Source of the DNA: Gammaproteobacteria bacterium
GTDB lineage: Bacteria > Pseudomonadota > Gammaproteobacteria > GCA-001735895
Direction: 5' to 3'
NCBI GenBank assembly: GCA_050298595.1
Contig: JBNKUM010000113.1
Location: 1 to 27,974, forward strand
Length of the DNA: 27,974 bases
The translations under genes were made by a program, and so were the position numbers. Below the pieces are notes generated by a model that was not told where the DNA came from, did no database searches, and saw only the letters and a list, made by a program, of their open reading frames with translations. This document shows positions 1-9,521 of the stretch, in pieces; the first letter of the stretch is position 1, and each line of letters begins with the position of its first letter.

Positions 1-50
1 CGACCCCCGGCGTGACAGGCCGGTATTCTAACCAACTGAACTACCACTCC
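1..50 (-). tRNA. tRNA-Asp (GTC), 5' part; 3' end runs off the window
   Basis: Reverse complement reads GGAGTGGTAGTTCAGTTGGTTAGAATACCGGCCTGTCACGCCGGGGGTCG: D-arm plus anticodon arm with GTC. Confidence 0.95.
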
Positions 51-61
51 TAATTTGAAAC

Positions 62-137
62 TGGTGGGTGCTGCAGGGATCGAACCTGCGACCCTCGCCT
101 TGTAAGGGCGATGCTCTCCCAGCTGAGCTAAGCACCC
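62..137 (-). tRNA. tRNA-Val (TAC)
   Basis: 76 nt, GGGTGCTTAGCTCAGCTGGGAGAGC...CTTACAA...GGTTCGATCC...CACCCACCA: full cloverleaf with encoded CCA. Confidence 0.97.
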
Positions 138-145
138 GAGTGTCG

Positions 146-185
146 AAGGCGCAGGATTCTACATCTTCTTTTTTCACTTTACCAG
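146..185 (-). promoter_or_regulatory. Probable sigma70 promoter of the tRNA-Val/Asp unit
   Basis: Minus strand TAGAAT (156-161) followed by a GC-rich discriminator CCTGCGCC, typical of stable-RNA promoters. The -35 is poor. Confidence 0.5.
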
Positions 186-274
186 CTTTTATTGCAGGAA
201 AATTTGAAGAATTAATCTGGATGGTTTTGCAGGTAATAGTTTAGCCAGCTGAGTGTGTCCTGAGCTTATCAGAT

Positions 275-332
275 AAAAAAGGAGGCAAAGCCAGATCTAA
301 AAACCTGATGGCAATATCGATTGGCTTTGCCT
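275..332 (-). terminator. Probable intrinsic terminator of the aer-like gene
   Basis: 11-bp inverted repeat AGGCAAAGCCA (283-293) / TGGCTTTGCCT (322-332) followed on the minus strand by a T run. The loop is unusually long. Confidence 0.5.
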
Positions 333-347
333 GTAGTTCACCCATTA

Positions 348-1919
348 TCAGGAGCGGAAACGACGGATTAGATTATCAAGCTCCAGTGACATGTGGTGAA
401 TATCTTCCGACAGGCTGGCGGTTTCCTCTGACTCTTTCTTGAGCAGCACAGCAGAATCACTAATGTGATGCACATTGTGCGCGATCTCGCCGGATACAGT
501 ACTTTGCTCTTGCACCACTGAGGCAATACCGTGGTTCATCGCATCCAGCTGTTCGACCATGCTAAATATTTCGTCTAACTGCTGGCCTACCTCCTGCGAT
601 TGCTCAGCACTATTATCAGCCACACGACGACTGCTACGCATAGCCTCGGCCGCACTACGTGCACTCGTTTGTAGTCGTTCAATGGTTTTCTGTATCTCCT
701 CTGTCGAGTCATGGCTACGGCTGGCCAGAGTCCGTACTTCGTCGGCCACTACAGCAAATCCCCGGCCTTGCTCGCCCGCCCGTGCAGCCTCAATCGCGGC
801 ATTTAGCGCAAGCAGGTTGGTCTGCTGAGCAATCTCACGGATCACCACCAGTACTGCATCGATCGAGACGCTATCCTGTTCCAGATCGACCATCATCTCA
901 GTGACCGTATCGACTTCACTGGCTACCCGATCAGTACTGGAGAGCGCGCCTTCGAGGGCTTTTTTTCCCTGCTCGGCAAGTGAACGTGCAGCGCGGGCTT
1001 TATCTGAAACGTCAGAGGCGTTACGAGAAATCTCTGCTACGCTGGCTGACATTTCTTCCATCGCTGCCGCCAGCATGGAGATTTCCTGTTGCTGGCTATC
1101 TACCGCAGAGGTCATTTCACTGGAGACCTGTTTACCCTGTGCGACCTTTCTGTCCATGGTCGATACCGCGTGGGAGACGCGTCCAAGTATAGTGCGTAGA
1201 CGCGACAGCTGGCTGAGTTGACCCAGGCGAATAGCACCAAGATCGTCGGTGCGCCCGCTGTAGACAAGGCTGTTGACATGGGAGGTGAAAACGTTGCGTG
1301 CTTCATCGGCAATACCACGCAGGGGAGAAAGCATAACGGTTACCGTGCTGCTGGCTATTACTGCGGAAACCAGCCAGGCCGTTGCAGTCCAGCCCCAGCT
1401 CAACAGGCCGTTTACTGCCAATGCTGCAAAGATGATGCTAAGTGAGGCACAAAGGAATATCGACATTTTAAAGCTCAGTGATAAGTTGAGTCTTGCGAAC
1501 AGGCCTGGACGGTTATCAAGCAGTTGTTTATAGAGTTTACTGGCGCGCTGCACATCCTCAGCGCGCGGAGCAAATCGCACCGATTCATAGCCGACGATCG
1601 CATCGTTTTCGAAAACAGGTGTCACATAGGCATCGACCCAGTAATAATCACCATTCTTTGTTCGATTCTTAACAATCCCCATCCATGACTTTCCCGCTTT
1701 GAGGGTGTCCCATAACTCCTGGAAGGCGGCAGGCGGCATGTCTGGATGGCGCACAATGTTGTGACTGGAACCGATCAGCTCTTGCTCATCGAAACCACTA
1801 ATTTCAACGAAAGCCTGATTGCAATGAGTGATCCTGCCTTTTAGGTCTGTTGAAGAAATCAGTTCCTGATTGTGGTTAAGTTTTACCTCCCTGTTCGTTA
1901 CTGGCAAATTAATTTTCAT
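348..1919 (-). CDS. aer: Aer-type aerotaxis receptor (PAS domain, membrane anchor, methyl-accepting chemotaxis domain)
   Basis: N-terminal PAS with NxAFx[14 protein letters not shown] and [10 protein letters not shown]; hydrophobic segment; MCP hairpin [37 protein letters not shown]. Confidence 0.9.
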   Translation of the reverse strand: MKINLPVTNREVKLNHNQELISSTDLKGRITHCNQAFVEISGFDEQELIGSSHNIVRHPDMPPAAFQELWDTLKAGKSWMGIVKNRTKNGDYYWVDAYVTPVFENDAIVGYESVRFAPRAEDVQRASKLYKQLLDNRPGLFARLNLSLSFKMSIFLCASLSIIFAALAVNGLLSWGWTATAWLVSAVIASSTVTVMLSPLRGIADEARNVFTSHVNSLVYSGRTDDLGAIRLGQLSQLSRLRTILGRVSHAVSTMDRKVAQGKQVSSEMTSAVDSQQQEISMLAAAMEEMSASVAEISRNASDVSDKARAARSLAEQGKKALEGALSSTDRVASEVDTVTEMMVDLEQDSVSIDAVLVVIREIAQQTNLLALNAAIEAARAGEQGRGFAVVADEVRTLASRSHDSTEEIQKTIERLQTSARSAAEAMRSSRRVADNSAEQSQEVGQQLDEIFSMVEQLDAMNHGIASVVQEQSTVSGEIAHNVHHISDSAVLLKKESEETASLSEDIHHMSLELDNLIRRFRS

Positions 1920-2625
1920 ACTAAAAATCTCATAACCTGAGCGAATAATCTCAACTCAAATTTGTTGTTCTGCATTGTTGAAAAAAAAGCGACAGCAAAC
2001 TACAGGAAAAATTTGTGTCGGGATTTCGCATAGCCCGTCAAGGTTTTTGACAGATTGGCCCCCAAATGTGCCGAAGTGAGCTATGTTTCACCTTCATCCT
2101 TGATTACGTGAGCTTACTGGTGAACTAAAACATAATAACACAGGTGGATATGCCAATGGGCTATACTGAGAATAGTAGCCATAGTCCCTGTCGTCAATAC
2201 GTTGTTTGTAAGTAATCTGTGATCCACTGCTCACTGCAAAATCTACTCTCGATTTTATCAGAATTTGGTGGTTTGCGAGCTGTCTCTGAGTTCCCATACA
2301 GATAGTAGGGGTGATGAAAAAACACTATTGGTAGTGGAGTGTTATTCATCAAAGTGAATACAAATATCTAATTTATTTCCCCTGAGAATTTAAATATCTA
2401 GAATAGTTATTAGTTTTTTTCTAAACGAAAACAGTGTCGAGTTTCGACTGCAGTTTTTACAAATGTAGATCAATAATCTGTTACTGAATAAAGCTGAGAT
2501 GGAAAGAGCGGATAGTGAACAGGGCAAAAGAATTTTAAGTGTCGGTTGACCAGAGGTGGCAATTACGCGATGCTTCACCTATAAAAACTACAATATACTT
2601 CCTTTTAAACTACCAGGAGTTTGTC

Positions 2626-3153
2626 ATGTTCTCGAAAATTATTCTCGCTACTGATGGTTCCGATCACGCGAATAATGCATTAAAAATTGCCATTGATATG
2701 GCGCTTAAATATGAATCTGAACTTACAATCGTCCATGTTTTGACTCATGATCATCCCTCAGAGGAAATGGAGCGAATGATCGAGGTTGAACATCTGGATA
2801 AGGGCTTTTCACCTACACATACTCATGATGATGTTAATCGCATTGCAGACACTCTTGCCAGACGTAGCCTGTTGCGTAGCGGCGACCAGGAAGCTCGAGT
2901 GATCACCGTGATTGGGGAGCAGATTCTTAAAGCTGCTAATCATATGGCTCATGATGCTGGATTAAAGAATGTGCGTACGGAAATTCATGCGGGTGACTAT
3001 GCCAATGCGATACTTGATGTGGCTGATAAGAAGCAGGCAGATATTATTATCATGGGCAATCGAGGATTGAGTCCTTTAAGGGGGTTTGTCACAGGTAGTG
3101 TTTCACATAAGGTTGCTCAAAGGGCTAAATGCTCGGTATTAACGGTTAAATAG
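2626..3153 (+). CDS. Universal stress protein (UspA family, ATP-binding type)
   Basis: MFSKIILATDGS start after an AGGAG RBS (2615-2619); C-terminal DIIIMGNRGLSPLRGFVTGSVSHKV matches G-2x-G-9x-G(S/T). Confidence 0.92.
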   Translation: MFSKIILATDGSDHANNALKIAIDMALKYESELTIVHVLTHDHPSEEMERMIEVEHLDKGFSPTHTHDDVNRIADTLARRSLLRSGDQEARVITVIGEQILKAANHMAHDAGLKNVRTEIHAGDYANAILDVADKKQADIIIMGNRGLSPLRGFVTGSVSHKVAQRAKCSVLTVK

Positions 3154-3293
3154 AGTTGTGATTTAAAACTTATTTTTAATGCTAATGTTTTGGTAAACCT
3201 GATGAGCAGCTTTCGGCTATAAGGGGCGGGTAGCTTAGCCCGGGCTAATTGTTCCTGGTGCTGTTTATCAGGTTTTTGTTGGGCGGGATAAAT

Positions 3294-3503
3294 TCAGTCA
3301 AGTCTTTCCATGTCATCACTGTCCTCTTTTTTCTTATGAATCTTATCCTTATCTATCTCGCCTGATGCTGGGGTACGATTAGTGCCGGTAACAGGATATC
3401 CATCAGTAGATGCACACCCTGCCATGAATAGCAAAGTACTCAGAAATAATGCTGCAAATAATGCTTTGAGTTTTTTTATTAGCACTTCCAGGTATCTCCT
3501 CAT
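3294..3503 (-). CDS. Small putative lipoprotein
   Basis: Basic N-terminus, hydrophobic stretch and lipobox-like FMAG|C. The start overlaps the stop of the upstream gene (ATGA). Confidence 0.6.
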   Translation of the reverse strand: MRRYLEVLIKKLKALFAALFLSTLLFMAGCASTDGYPVTGTNRTPASGEIDKDKIHKKKEDSDDMERLD

Positions 3504-4372
3504 TTGATTTGCTTAATAGCCCATTTAAAATCGACTCCTGCAGATATGGAGCTGTGGTTTAGTGGCTGGTAATCCAGATCGCTGAATTTATCACTCACAC
3601 TAATCAGCGCATTATAAAAATACTGCGCATCCTGCTGATTTTGAAGCAAGGAGCTAAATCTTAAACCATTACGCGCGATGTTCCACTGGAAGGGCTCTGC
3701 CTGCAAGGTGATTTTACTGTTAGGTATATAGTTTGACTGCCTGAGATATTGAAGCACATCGTGGTCGCTGCTGCGTTGCTCCTGCACTACCGCATTCAGA
3801 TAACAGGCGAGGATATTGTGCCGCGCTTTATAAAGATAGCTGGCTCCTATCGGTTCCCGGTTGTGCTGGTTATATTTTTCTATGGCGCTAACGCTGGTTT
3901 GATAATAATCAATAGCCTGTTGTTTGGTTTTGTTAAGCTCAAGGCGCAGGCCGTTATCGCGCAGGGTTGGTATACGGTCAAAATGAATATTACCCAGCAA
4001 CCAGGAGATACGAGCTATACGCAGAAGATCCTGTTCATTTTCACGCTTTAGCTGTTGGCATAAAAAAAATTGCAGGTCTTCGATATCTTTATCCAGCGTG
4101 AGATGTTTTTTGCATCTCGCCAGGTTGTTATAAAGACTCATCAGGCAGTTGATCTCTTCTGGAAAGGGATCGGGAAAGTATTGCGTATGCAGTTGATTGA
4201 TAAGCCGGGTCACGTGAGTAGTCGGCTTTTTGTGGGGTTGCCGATAGTGACTGTAGAGTGTTTTTTCATCCATCCCACCCTGATGAACCCGGTCTATTTC
4301 AGATAGAAAATGATCCCAGGTCCACCCCGGCTGGCGTTTCAGTCGATGGATCTGGTTGAATACTGTTGTCAT
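3500..4372 (-). CDS. Hypothetical protein, possible N-terminal HTH-like domain with helical (TPR-like) C-terminus
   Basis: 290-aa ORF. N-terminal LKRQPGWTWDHF...MDEKTLYSHYRQP resembles an XRE-like HTH; later WLLGNIHF..AIDYYQTS resembles a helical repeat. Confidence 0.6.
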   Translation of the reverse strand: MTTVFNQIHRLKRQPGWTWDHFLSEIDRVHQGGMDEKTLYSHYRQPHKKPTTHVTRLINQLHTQYFPDPFPEEINCLMSLYNNLARCKKHLTLDKDIEDLQFFLCQQLKRENEQDLLRIARISWLLGNIHFDRIPTLRDNGLRLELNKTKQQAIDYYQTSVSAIEKYNQHNREPIGASYLYKARHNILACYLNAVVQEQRSSDHDVLQYLRQSNYIPNSKITLQAEPFQWNIARNGLRFSSLLQNQQDAQYFYNALISVSDKFSDLDYQPLNHSSISAGVDFKWAIKQIK

Positions 4373-4547
4373 GCCAGTATTAGCCTGTATCGCCCGACAG
4401 ATTGAGTTGAATTACTACTCATAGTCCCTGGTTACCACATTTTATGATTAATTTGAAGCCCATTTTAGATCACTTGTTGCCTAACGACTAGCACTCCTGA
4501 GCTTCTATTGTAGCCCTGTCTTCATTATTCATTCAGGAGTTAATAGC

Positions 4548-6068
4548 ATGTTAAATTTACACAAAATCAAAACTACAGGACTTGCTCTGTTAGCGGCTTC
4601 GATAAGCGTACTGAGTGCCTGTGCTACAAGTGATCCAGGCCCCTACAGTTCACAGCCCAGTCCAGTCGTAGCAACAGCAACTGGAGAAAACTATTCTACC
4701 CTGCGCGAAAATCAGCTACTCAGGGTAAACAATGAGCCCGTTAGTACATTCAGTATTGATGTAGATACAGCCGCCTATGCCAATGTACGCAGGTTTATCA
4801 ACAATGGCTACCTGCCACCGCAAGACGCCGTGCGTATTGAAGAGATGATCAATTATTTCGACTACGACTATCCGGCAGCAGAGTCAGCGGATGAACCGTT
4901 TCGTATTATTTCTGAGATCGCCCCTACACCCTGGAATAGTGGTAGTTATCTGTTACATATCGGCATCAAGGGCTACCAGCCGCCACAGACTGAACAGCCT
5001 GCGCGCAATCTGGTATTTCTGCTGGACGTTTCTGGTTCTATGGATGCGCCAAACAAACTGGAGTTACTCAAAAAGTCACTACGCCTGCTGGTCAACCAGC
5101 TCAGCATGCGTGACCGAGTAGCGATTGTGGTGTATGCAGGAACCTCCGGAATTGTATTACCTTCTACACCTGGTAACCAGCGTCGCGAAATTATTCTGGC
5201 TCTGGAAAATCTGAGTGCTGGTGGTTCTACCAACGGTGGTGCTGGTATTGAGCTGGCTTATTCAATCGCTCAGCAAAACTATATCAAGGGTGGGATTAAC
5301 CGAGTGATCCTCGCGACTGATGGTGATTTCAATGTTGGTTCTTCAAATACAGATGAGTTAACACAGCTGATCAAACAGAAAAAACGTTCCGGAGTTGCAC
5401 TGACTGTGCTTGGCCTGGGTATGGGTGACTATAATGATCAGATGCTGGAAGAGATATCCAATGCAGGAGATGGGAATGCTGCGTATATAGATACGTTACA
5501 GGAAGCACAAAAGGTTCTGGTGCAGGACCTTGGCAGCACATTACAGACGATTGCACGTGATACCAGGATTCAGCTTGAATTTAATCCTGAAAAGGTGAGT
5601 AGTTATCGCTTAATCGGTTATGAAAACCGCATGCTCCACACAGAAGATTTCAAAAATGATCGCGTCGATGCTGGTGATGTTGGTGCTGGCCATACGGTCA
5701 CTGCACTGTATGAAATCACATTAAAAGATAGGCTACGTTACCAGGCAGCGCAAACTGTACAGAATATATTTAATAACGAACTCGCCTACCTGAAGCTGCG
5801 CTATAAAAAACCGAATGAGAGTAACAGTCGTGAAATTGTGCATGCCCTGTCTGCGCAGGATGTACAAATAAATCTGTCAGCAACTTCGGATAACTTCCGA
5901 TTTTCAGCAGCTGTTGCAGCGTTTGGCCAGCTACTAAGAAGCGGCGACCAGGTGGGGGACTTTTCTTTGACTGAGGTTGAGACTCTGGCCCAGCAAAGTC
6001 GTGGCGTCGACAGATTTGGTTATCGCAGTGAATTTGTAAAGCTGGTTCGCCTGGCAGAATCGCTATAG
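4548..6068 (+). CDS. YfbK-like von Willebrand factor A domain lipoprotein (DUF3520-type C-terminus)
   Basis: AGGAG RBS; lipobox VLSA|C; STFSIDVDTAAY and RIEEMINYF motifs; MIDAS DVSGSM; LATDGDFNVG; YRLIGYENR. Confidence 0.92.
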   Translation: MLNLHKIKTTGLALLAASISVLSACATSDPGPYSSQPSPVVATATGENYSTLRENQLLRVNNEPVSTFSIDVDTAAYANVRRFINNGYLPPQDAVRIEEMINYFDYDYPAAESADEPFRIISEIAPTPWNSGSYLLHIGIKGYQPPQTEQPARNLVFLLDVSGSMDAPNKLELLKKSLRLLVNQLSMRDRVAIVVYAGTSGIVLPSTPGNQRREIILALENLSAGGSTNGGAGIELAYSIAQQNYIKGGINRVILATDGDFNVGSSNTDELTQLIKQKKRSGVALTVLGLGMGDYNDQMLEEISNAGDGNAAYIDTLQEAQKVLVQDLGSTLQTIARDTRIQLEFNPEKVSSYRLIGYENRMLHTEDFKNDRVDAGDVGAGHTVTALYEITLKDRLRYQAAQTVQNIFNNELAYLKLRYKKPNESNSREIVHALSAQDVQINLSATSDNFRFSAAVAAFGQLLRSGDQVGDFSLTEVETLAQQSRGVDRFGYRSEFVKLVRLAESL

Positions 6069-6423
6069 CCATACATATAAAAGGGTTTAAGACACCACTG
6101 ATGTGTGTATATTGTCTCTGGCACACAGGCTGATGCGCACAGCGTCGGGTGGGGGTGAAAATCCTGGAAATCAACTGAAAGCCACCGGTTTCAGAGTTAT
6201 TTCAGTCTGTACAGTGAATTTTGTGCAAAAAAATTGTGCAAAAAAAGAGCTGGAACTCCGGAATTTTTTTATTTGTTTGTGTTTTAATTAGTGGCTGCCA
6301 TGTCTATAGATGGCTTTTTGTGAAGATGAATCGGTAAAAGAGTCCGTTTTCCAGACTCGAGATCTTATATTTCCGGAGCCGGGGAATTCAACACTTGGTA
6401 CAATTTTTCGTTGTGTTCATAAA

Positions 6424-7470
6424 ATGATTACTCTTGGATTACTTGGGTTTGATGCGGCATTGGTCAAATCCTTATCGATAGCCCTTAGCAGTCGGGCAGC
6501 AAAAGTCTGTCAGTATGTCGAGCCGGAAGCGGCTTCGGTGGTGTTGGTTGATATTGATAATCTGCAGGATCAAAATGCCTGGAAACAGTTAAAAGATGCA
6601 TGCTCATCAATATTTATAGCCGCTTCTCAAAACCTCACACTACCGGCGGGATATGAACAGGACTTTGTTTCAGTTATTGCTAAGCCAATACGTTTTACAG
6701 CGATGCTTGCGTCGGTAAAAGCTGCTGTAGCCAGTGGGCAGGAGTCAGCCCAATCTCTAAATAACACCTCGATGGTCGCGGATTTGATCGATAGCGGGCG
6801 GATGCGCCGTAATTCTGAGGTGCTGCGTAGCCAGGCAGAGATTGATCCAGATAACTTCCTGTTAGGGTTTGTGCTGAATTCAGTGCAACTCAATTCAGCT
6901 GATCATTACCGTTATATCTGTCTTGATGAAGGTCATCCCCGTAATGATGGGCAATGGTTAGTGATCGATAAACGATTGGGCAGAGTTTATCTCAGTATCA
7001 ATGCGAAGGTGATTAGCCATACTGCAATTATGGATTTTTCACAGCATGGGGTCATTGAGCAGTGGATTAATTCCAGTCAGCTGGCTGAGCTTAAATCCAG
7101 AGCTGTGCAGAATATTCCCGTTGAAGAGTTTATCTGGGTATTGACCAGGGACACGGTTCGTAATGCACGCCTTATGAACTTTGATACTGAAAAGCGTTAT
7201 CGGCTTAAATGCTGGCCGAACTTAACCTGTTACGCCACTGGTAATCAGGATGTTGCAATAGCCAGTTTCTGGGCTGAAAGTAATGCCAGTGCGGTTGAAC
7301 TGGCTACTAGCCTGGGTATGACGCTTAATGACGTCCTGCCTTTTGCTACTTGTTGTTTTACCTGTGGTTTGCTCGAGCCAGTTGATAAACCTGTGGCGAT
7401 GACCACCCGTAAACCGAAAACAGGCTTTAACAAGGTGTTATCTATGATTTTGAAAAAACTGGAAAGTTGA
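6424..7470 (+). CDS. Receiver-like domain protein with C-terminal PATAN/DUF4388-like and winged-helix region (partner of MglA-like GTPase)
   Basis: REC-like VVLVDID and IAKP; C-terminal RLKCWPNLT and ASAVELATSLGMTLNDV..GLLE; terminal amphipathic helix. ATG 6424 is preferred over 6310 on domain start only. Confidence 0.65.
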   Translation: MITLGLLGFDAALVKSLSIALSSRAAKVCQYVEPEAASVVLVDIDNLQDQNAWKQLKDACSSIFIAASQNLTLPAGYEQDFVSVIAKPIRFTAMLASVKAAVASGQESAQSLNNTSMVADLIDSGRMRRNSEVLRSQAEIDPDNFLLGFVLNSVQLNSADHYRYICLDEGHPRNDGQWLVIDKRLGRVYLSINAKVISHTAIMDFSQHGVIEQWINSSQLAELKSRAVQNIPVEEFIWVLTRDTVRNARLMNFDTEKRYRLKCWPNLTCYATGNQDVAIASFWAESNASAVELATSLGMTLNDVLPFATCCFTCGLLEPVDKPVAMTTRKPKTGFNKVLSMILKKLES

Positions 7471-7473
7471 GCT

Positions 7474-8013
7474 ATGCGCAAGGGTAATTTAAAAATAGTT
7501 TTCGCCGGTTCTATTGGTGCAGGTAAAACGACAGCTATTCAGTCGGTTAGTGATGTTGAAGTGGTACATACTGAGGAAATGGCCACCGATGATGTGAAGC
7601 AGATGAAGGAAACAACCACCGTTGCCATGGACTACGGCCAGATGATTCTCGAAGACAAAACCCTGTTGCATTTGTACGGAGCGCCAGGGCAGGGGCGGTT
7701 TGATTTTATGTGGGAGATACTGTCGCTTGGTGCACTGGGGGTGATCGTTCTGATTGATGCGGCAAGTTCTGATCCGTTTGCCCAGATTGATGCCTATATG
7801 ACAGGTTTTGAGCAACAGCTACGAGAGCGAACTATGGTCATTGGTCTTTCGCGTACTGACCTTAATGAACAGTTCCAACTGGATGAATATCGCAGTTATA
7901 TCTGTCGATATGATCAAAGTATCCCTCTGCTCACTGTCGATACCCGTCAGCAGCAGCAAGTTAGAGTTCTGGTGAGAGTTCTGTTACACCGAATAGATCC
8001 CTGGTTGGTGTAG
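7474..8013 (+). CDS. MglA-like (conservon CvnD-type) small Ras-like GTPase
   Basis: G1 GSIGAGKTT, switch I TTVAMDYG, G3 YGAPGQGRFDFMW, G4-like SRTD, G5-like VDTR. Confidence 0.9.
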   Translation: MRKGNLKIVFAGSIGAGKTTAIQSVSDVEVVHTEEMATDDVKQMKETTTVAMDYGQMILEDKTLLHLYGAPGQGRFDFMWEILSLGALGVIVLIDAASSDPFAQIDAYMTGFEQQLRERTMVIGLSRTDLNEQFQLDEYRSYICRYDQSIPLLTVDTRQQQQVRVLVRVLLHRIDPWLV

Positions 8014-9327
8014 ATGATGTATTCTTCAGAGATTAATTTACTATCGCTAAGAGATTTTGGTGTTAATTTCGGAAAGCGTAAAATTCTCACCGGGATTAAT
8101 CTGGATATAGGCGATAAGGGGATTACCCATTTGCTAGGGCCCTGCGGAGCCGGAAAATCTACTTTGCTCAGGTCCCTGGCCGGCCTTAACGATTTGTCTT
8201 CTATGTACCAGCCGCAGGGTACAGTGTTTTACAAGGGTGAGGCTCTGGGTACTCTTGATCGTCCCTTGATGATGGAGCAAAAACCTTCCGGGCTGTTGAA
8301 TAATATATTTAACAGTATTTTAACTCTTCTGCCAGAAAGGGGCTCGCTGAGCGCCCGTCAACAAATTGATCTGGTCGATCGTCTGTTGCGACAATATGGT
8401 TTGTCTCACTTAGTCAATAGCTTGAGTACGCCATTAACCCAGTTATCGCTAGCTGATCGACGCAGTGTTCTTATACTGGGGCTAGTGGTCACCGCACCGG
8501 AAATGATTATGCTGGATGAGCCGACTGCTAATATGCCAGAGGATGATGCCAGGGTGGTGCTTGATTTGATCAGACTTGTGGCCGAATTGCGCTCTGTCTT
8601 GCTGGTTCAGCACAATCAGGAATATGTCAAATATCTGGGCGGCAACGCGATATTGATTGCCGGGGGGACGATTCAGGAAGAGGCTACAGCGCAAAAATTA
8701 CTGACAGAACCCGTTTCCGCAGCCGGACAGGAATTCGCGGGAAGTGGTACCTGTGCCGCACCTAGTCCGGATACTGACCCTGAAATGCTGGACGAGGCCT
8801 TTGTCGCAAGGTACAAACCGGTCGTTCGTGAACTGGAGAAACAACCCAGAATTATACCATTTGGTCCGCAAGGTTTTCGTTGGGTAGAGCGTGAAAAGCT
8901 CGCGGCCACACCCAGGCCGGGTATAGGGGGAGATATGGAATATGATTTAAAGGCGCTTGCCAGAGTCAAAATTGATTATCTGGTGTCACTCGAGGAAATT
9001 ATGCCGCTGCAAGAGGCTGACACTGCTGAATATAATATATCACTGTACCATTTACCAACGGTTGATATGGGCGTACCTGAGATGGATGAAACGCTGACAT
9101 TAAATCGTGCGATGCATCAATGGCTGAAGCAGGGCAAGCGAGTTGCTGTGCATTGTAAGGCCGGTCTCGGTCGTACCGGTACCATGTTGGCGGCTTATTA
9201 TATTTTAAAGGGCATGAGTGCTGCGGATGCCATGCAGAAACTTCGTCTTGTGAATCCGCGCATGATTCAATCTGGTGAGCAGGAAAAGTTTCTGTTCGAT
9301 TATTCCGATTATATTGCTGCAATTTAA
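8014..9327 (+). CDS. ABC-type ATPase domain fused to a dual-specificity/CDC14-like Cys phosphatase
   Basis: Walker A GPCGAGKS, Q-loop, degenerate signature LSLAD, Walker B IMLDEP, H-loop VQHN; C-terminal PTVDMGVP loop and HCKAGLGRTG (9151-9180). Confidence 0.88.
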   Translation: MMYSSEINLLSLRDFGVNFGKRKILTGINLDIGDKGITHLLGPCGAGKSTLLRSLAGLNDLSSMYQPQGTVFYKGEALGTLDRPLMMEQKPSGLLNNIFNSILTLLPERGSLSARQQIDLVDRLLRQYGLSHLVNSLSTPLTQLSLADRRSVLILGLVVTAPEMIMLDEPTANMPEDDARVVLDLIRLVAELRSVLLVQHNQEYVKYLGGNAILIAGGTIQEEATAQKLLTEPVSAAGQEFAGSGTCAAPSPDTDPEMLDEAFVARYKPVVRELEKQPRIIPFGPQGFRWVEREKLAATPRPGIGGDMEYDLKALARVKIDYLVSLEEIMPLQEADTAEYNISLYHLPTVDMGVPEMDETLTLNRAMHQWLKQGKRVAVHCKAGLGRTGTMLAAYYILKGMSAADAMQKLRLVNPRMIQSGEQEKFLFDYSDYIAAI

Positions 9328-9521
9328 AAAAGGAAGTCAAGTGATTTATTTATCTATAAATACAGTGACCGTTCATGCAAAAAAACAAAATATAGATGAA
9401 AAAAATTTTTTTTTGTATTCTATAATTACTGATTCGTTTCTGTGTAAAGTTTTCTTCTACTTTGAAGTTAATTTTACTCAGCCGGATATCACCCAATATT
9501 TTAGTAACCAGGAGTCCTAGA

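Noticed and set aside
283-332. GCAAAGCC..CTAAA resembles part of a c-di-GMP-I riboswitch
   Set aside because: There is no upstream GCAAAC-GAAA stem, and it lies downstream of a gene. It is better explained as a terminator.
475-1533. Several plus-strand ORFs within the chemoreceptor gene
   Set aside because: Antisense shadows of a well-supported gene with no motifs. The same applies to the other nested short ORFs in the track.
2094-2578. Short minus-strand ORFs between aer and usp; possible FNR box
   Set aside because: No RBS or protein motifs, and only ATCAA half-sites without a TTGAT partner.
6119-6135. TGGCAC sigma54-like site (also at about 10038)
   Set aside because: The -12 GC is not at the required spacing in either case.
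8014-8750. Ordinary ABC transporter (e.g. phosphate uptake) ATPase
   Set aside because: Degenerate signature, fused phosphatase and no permease genes in the locus.
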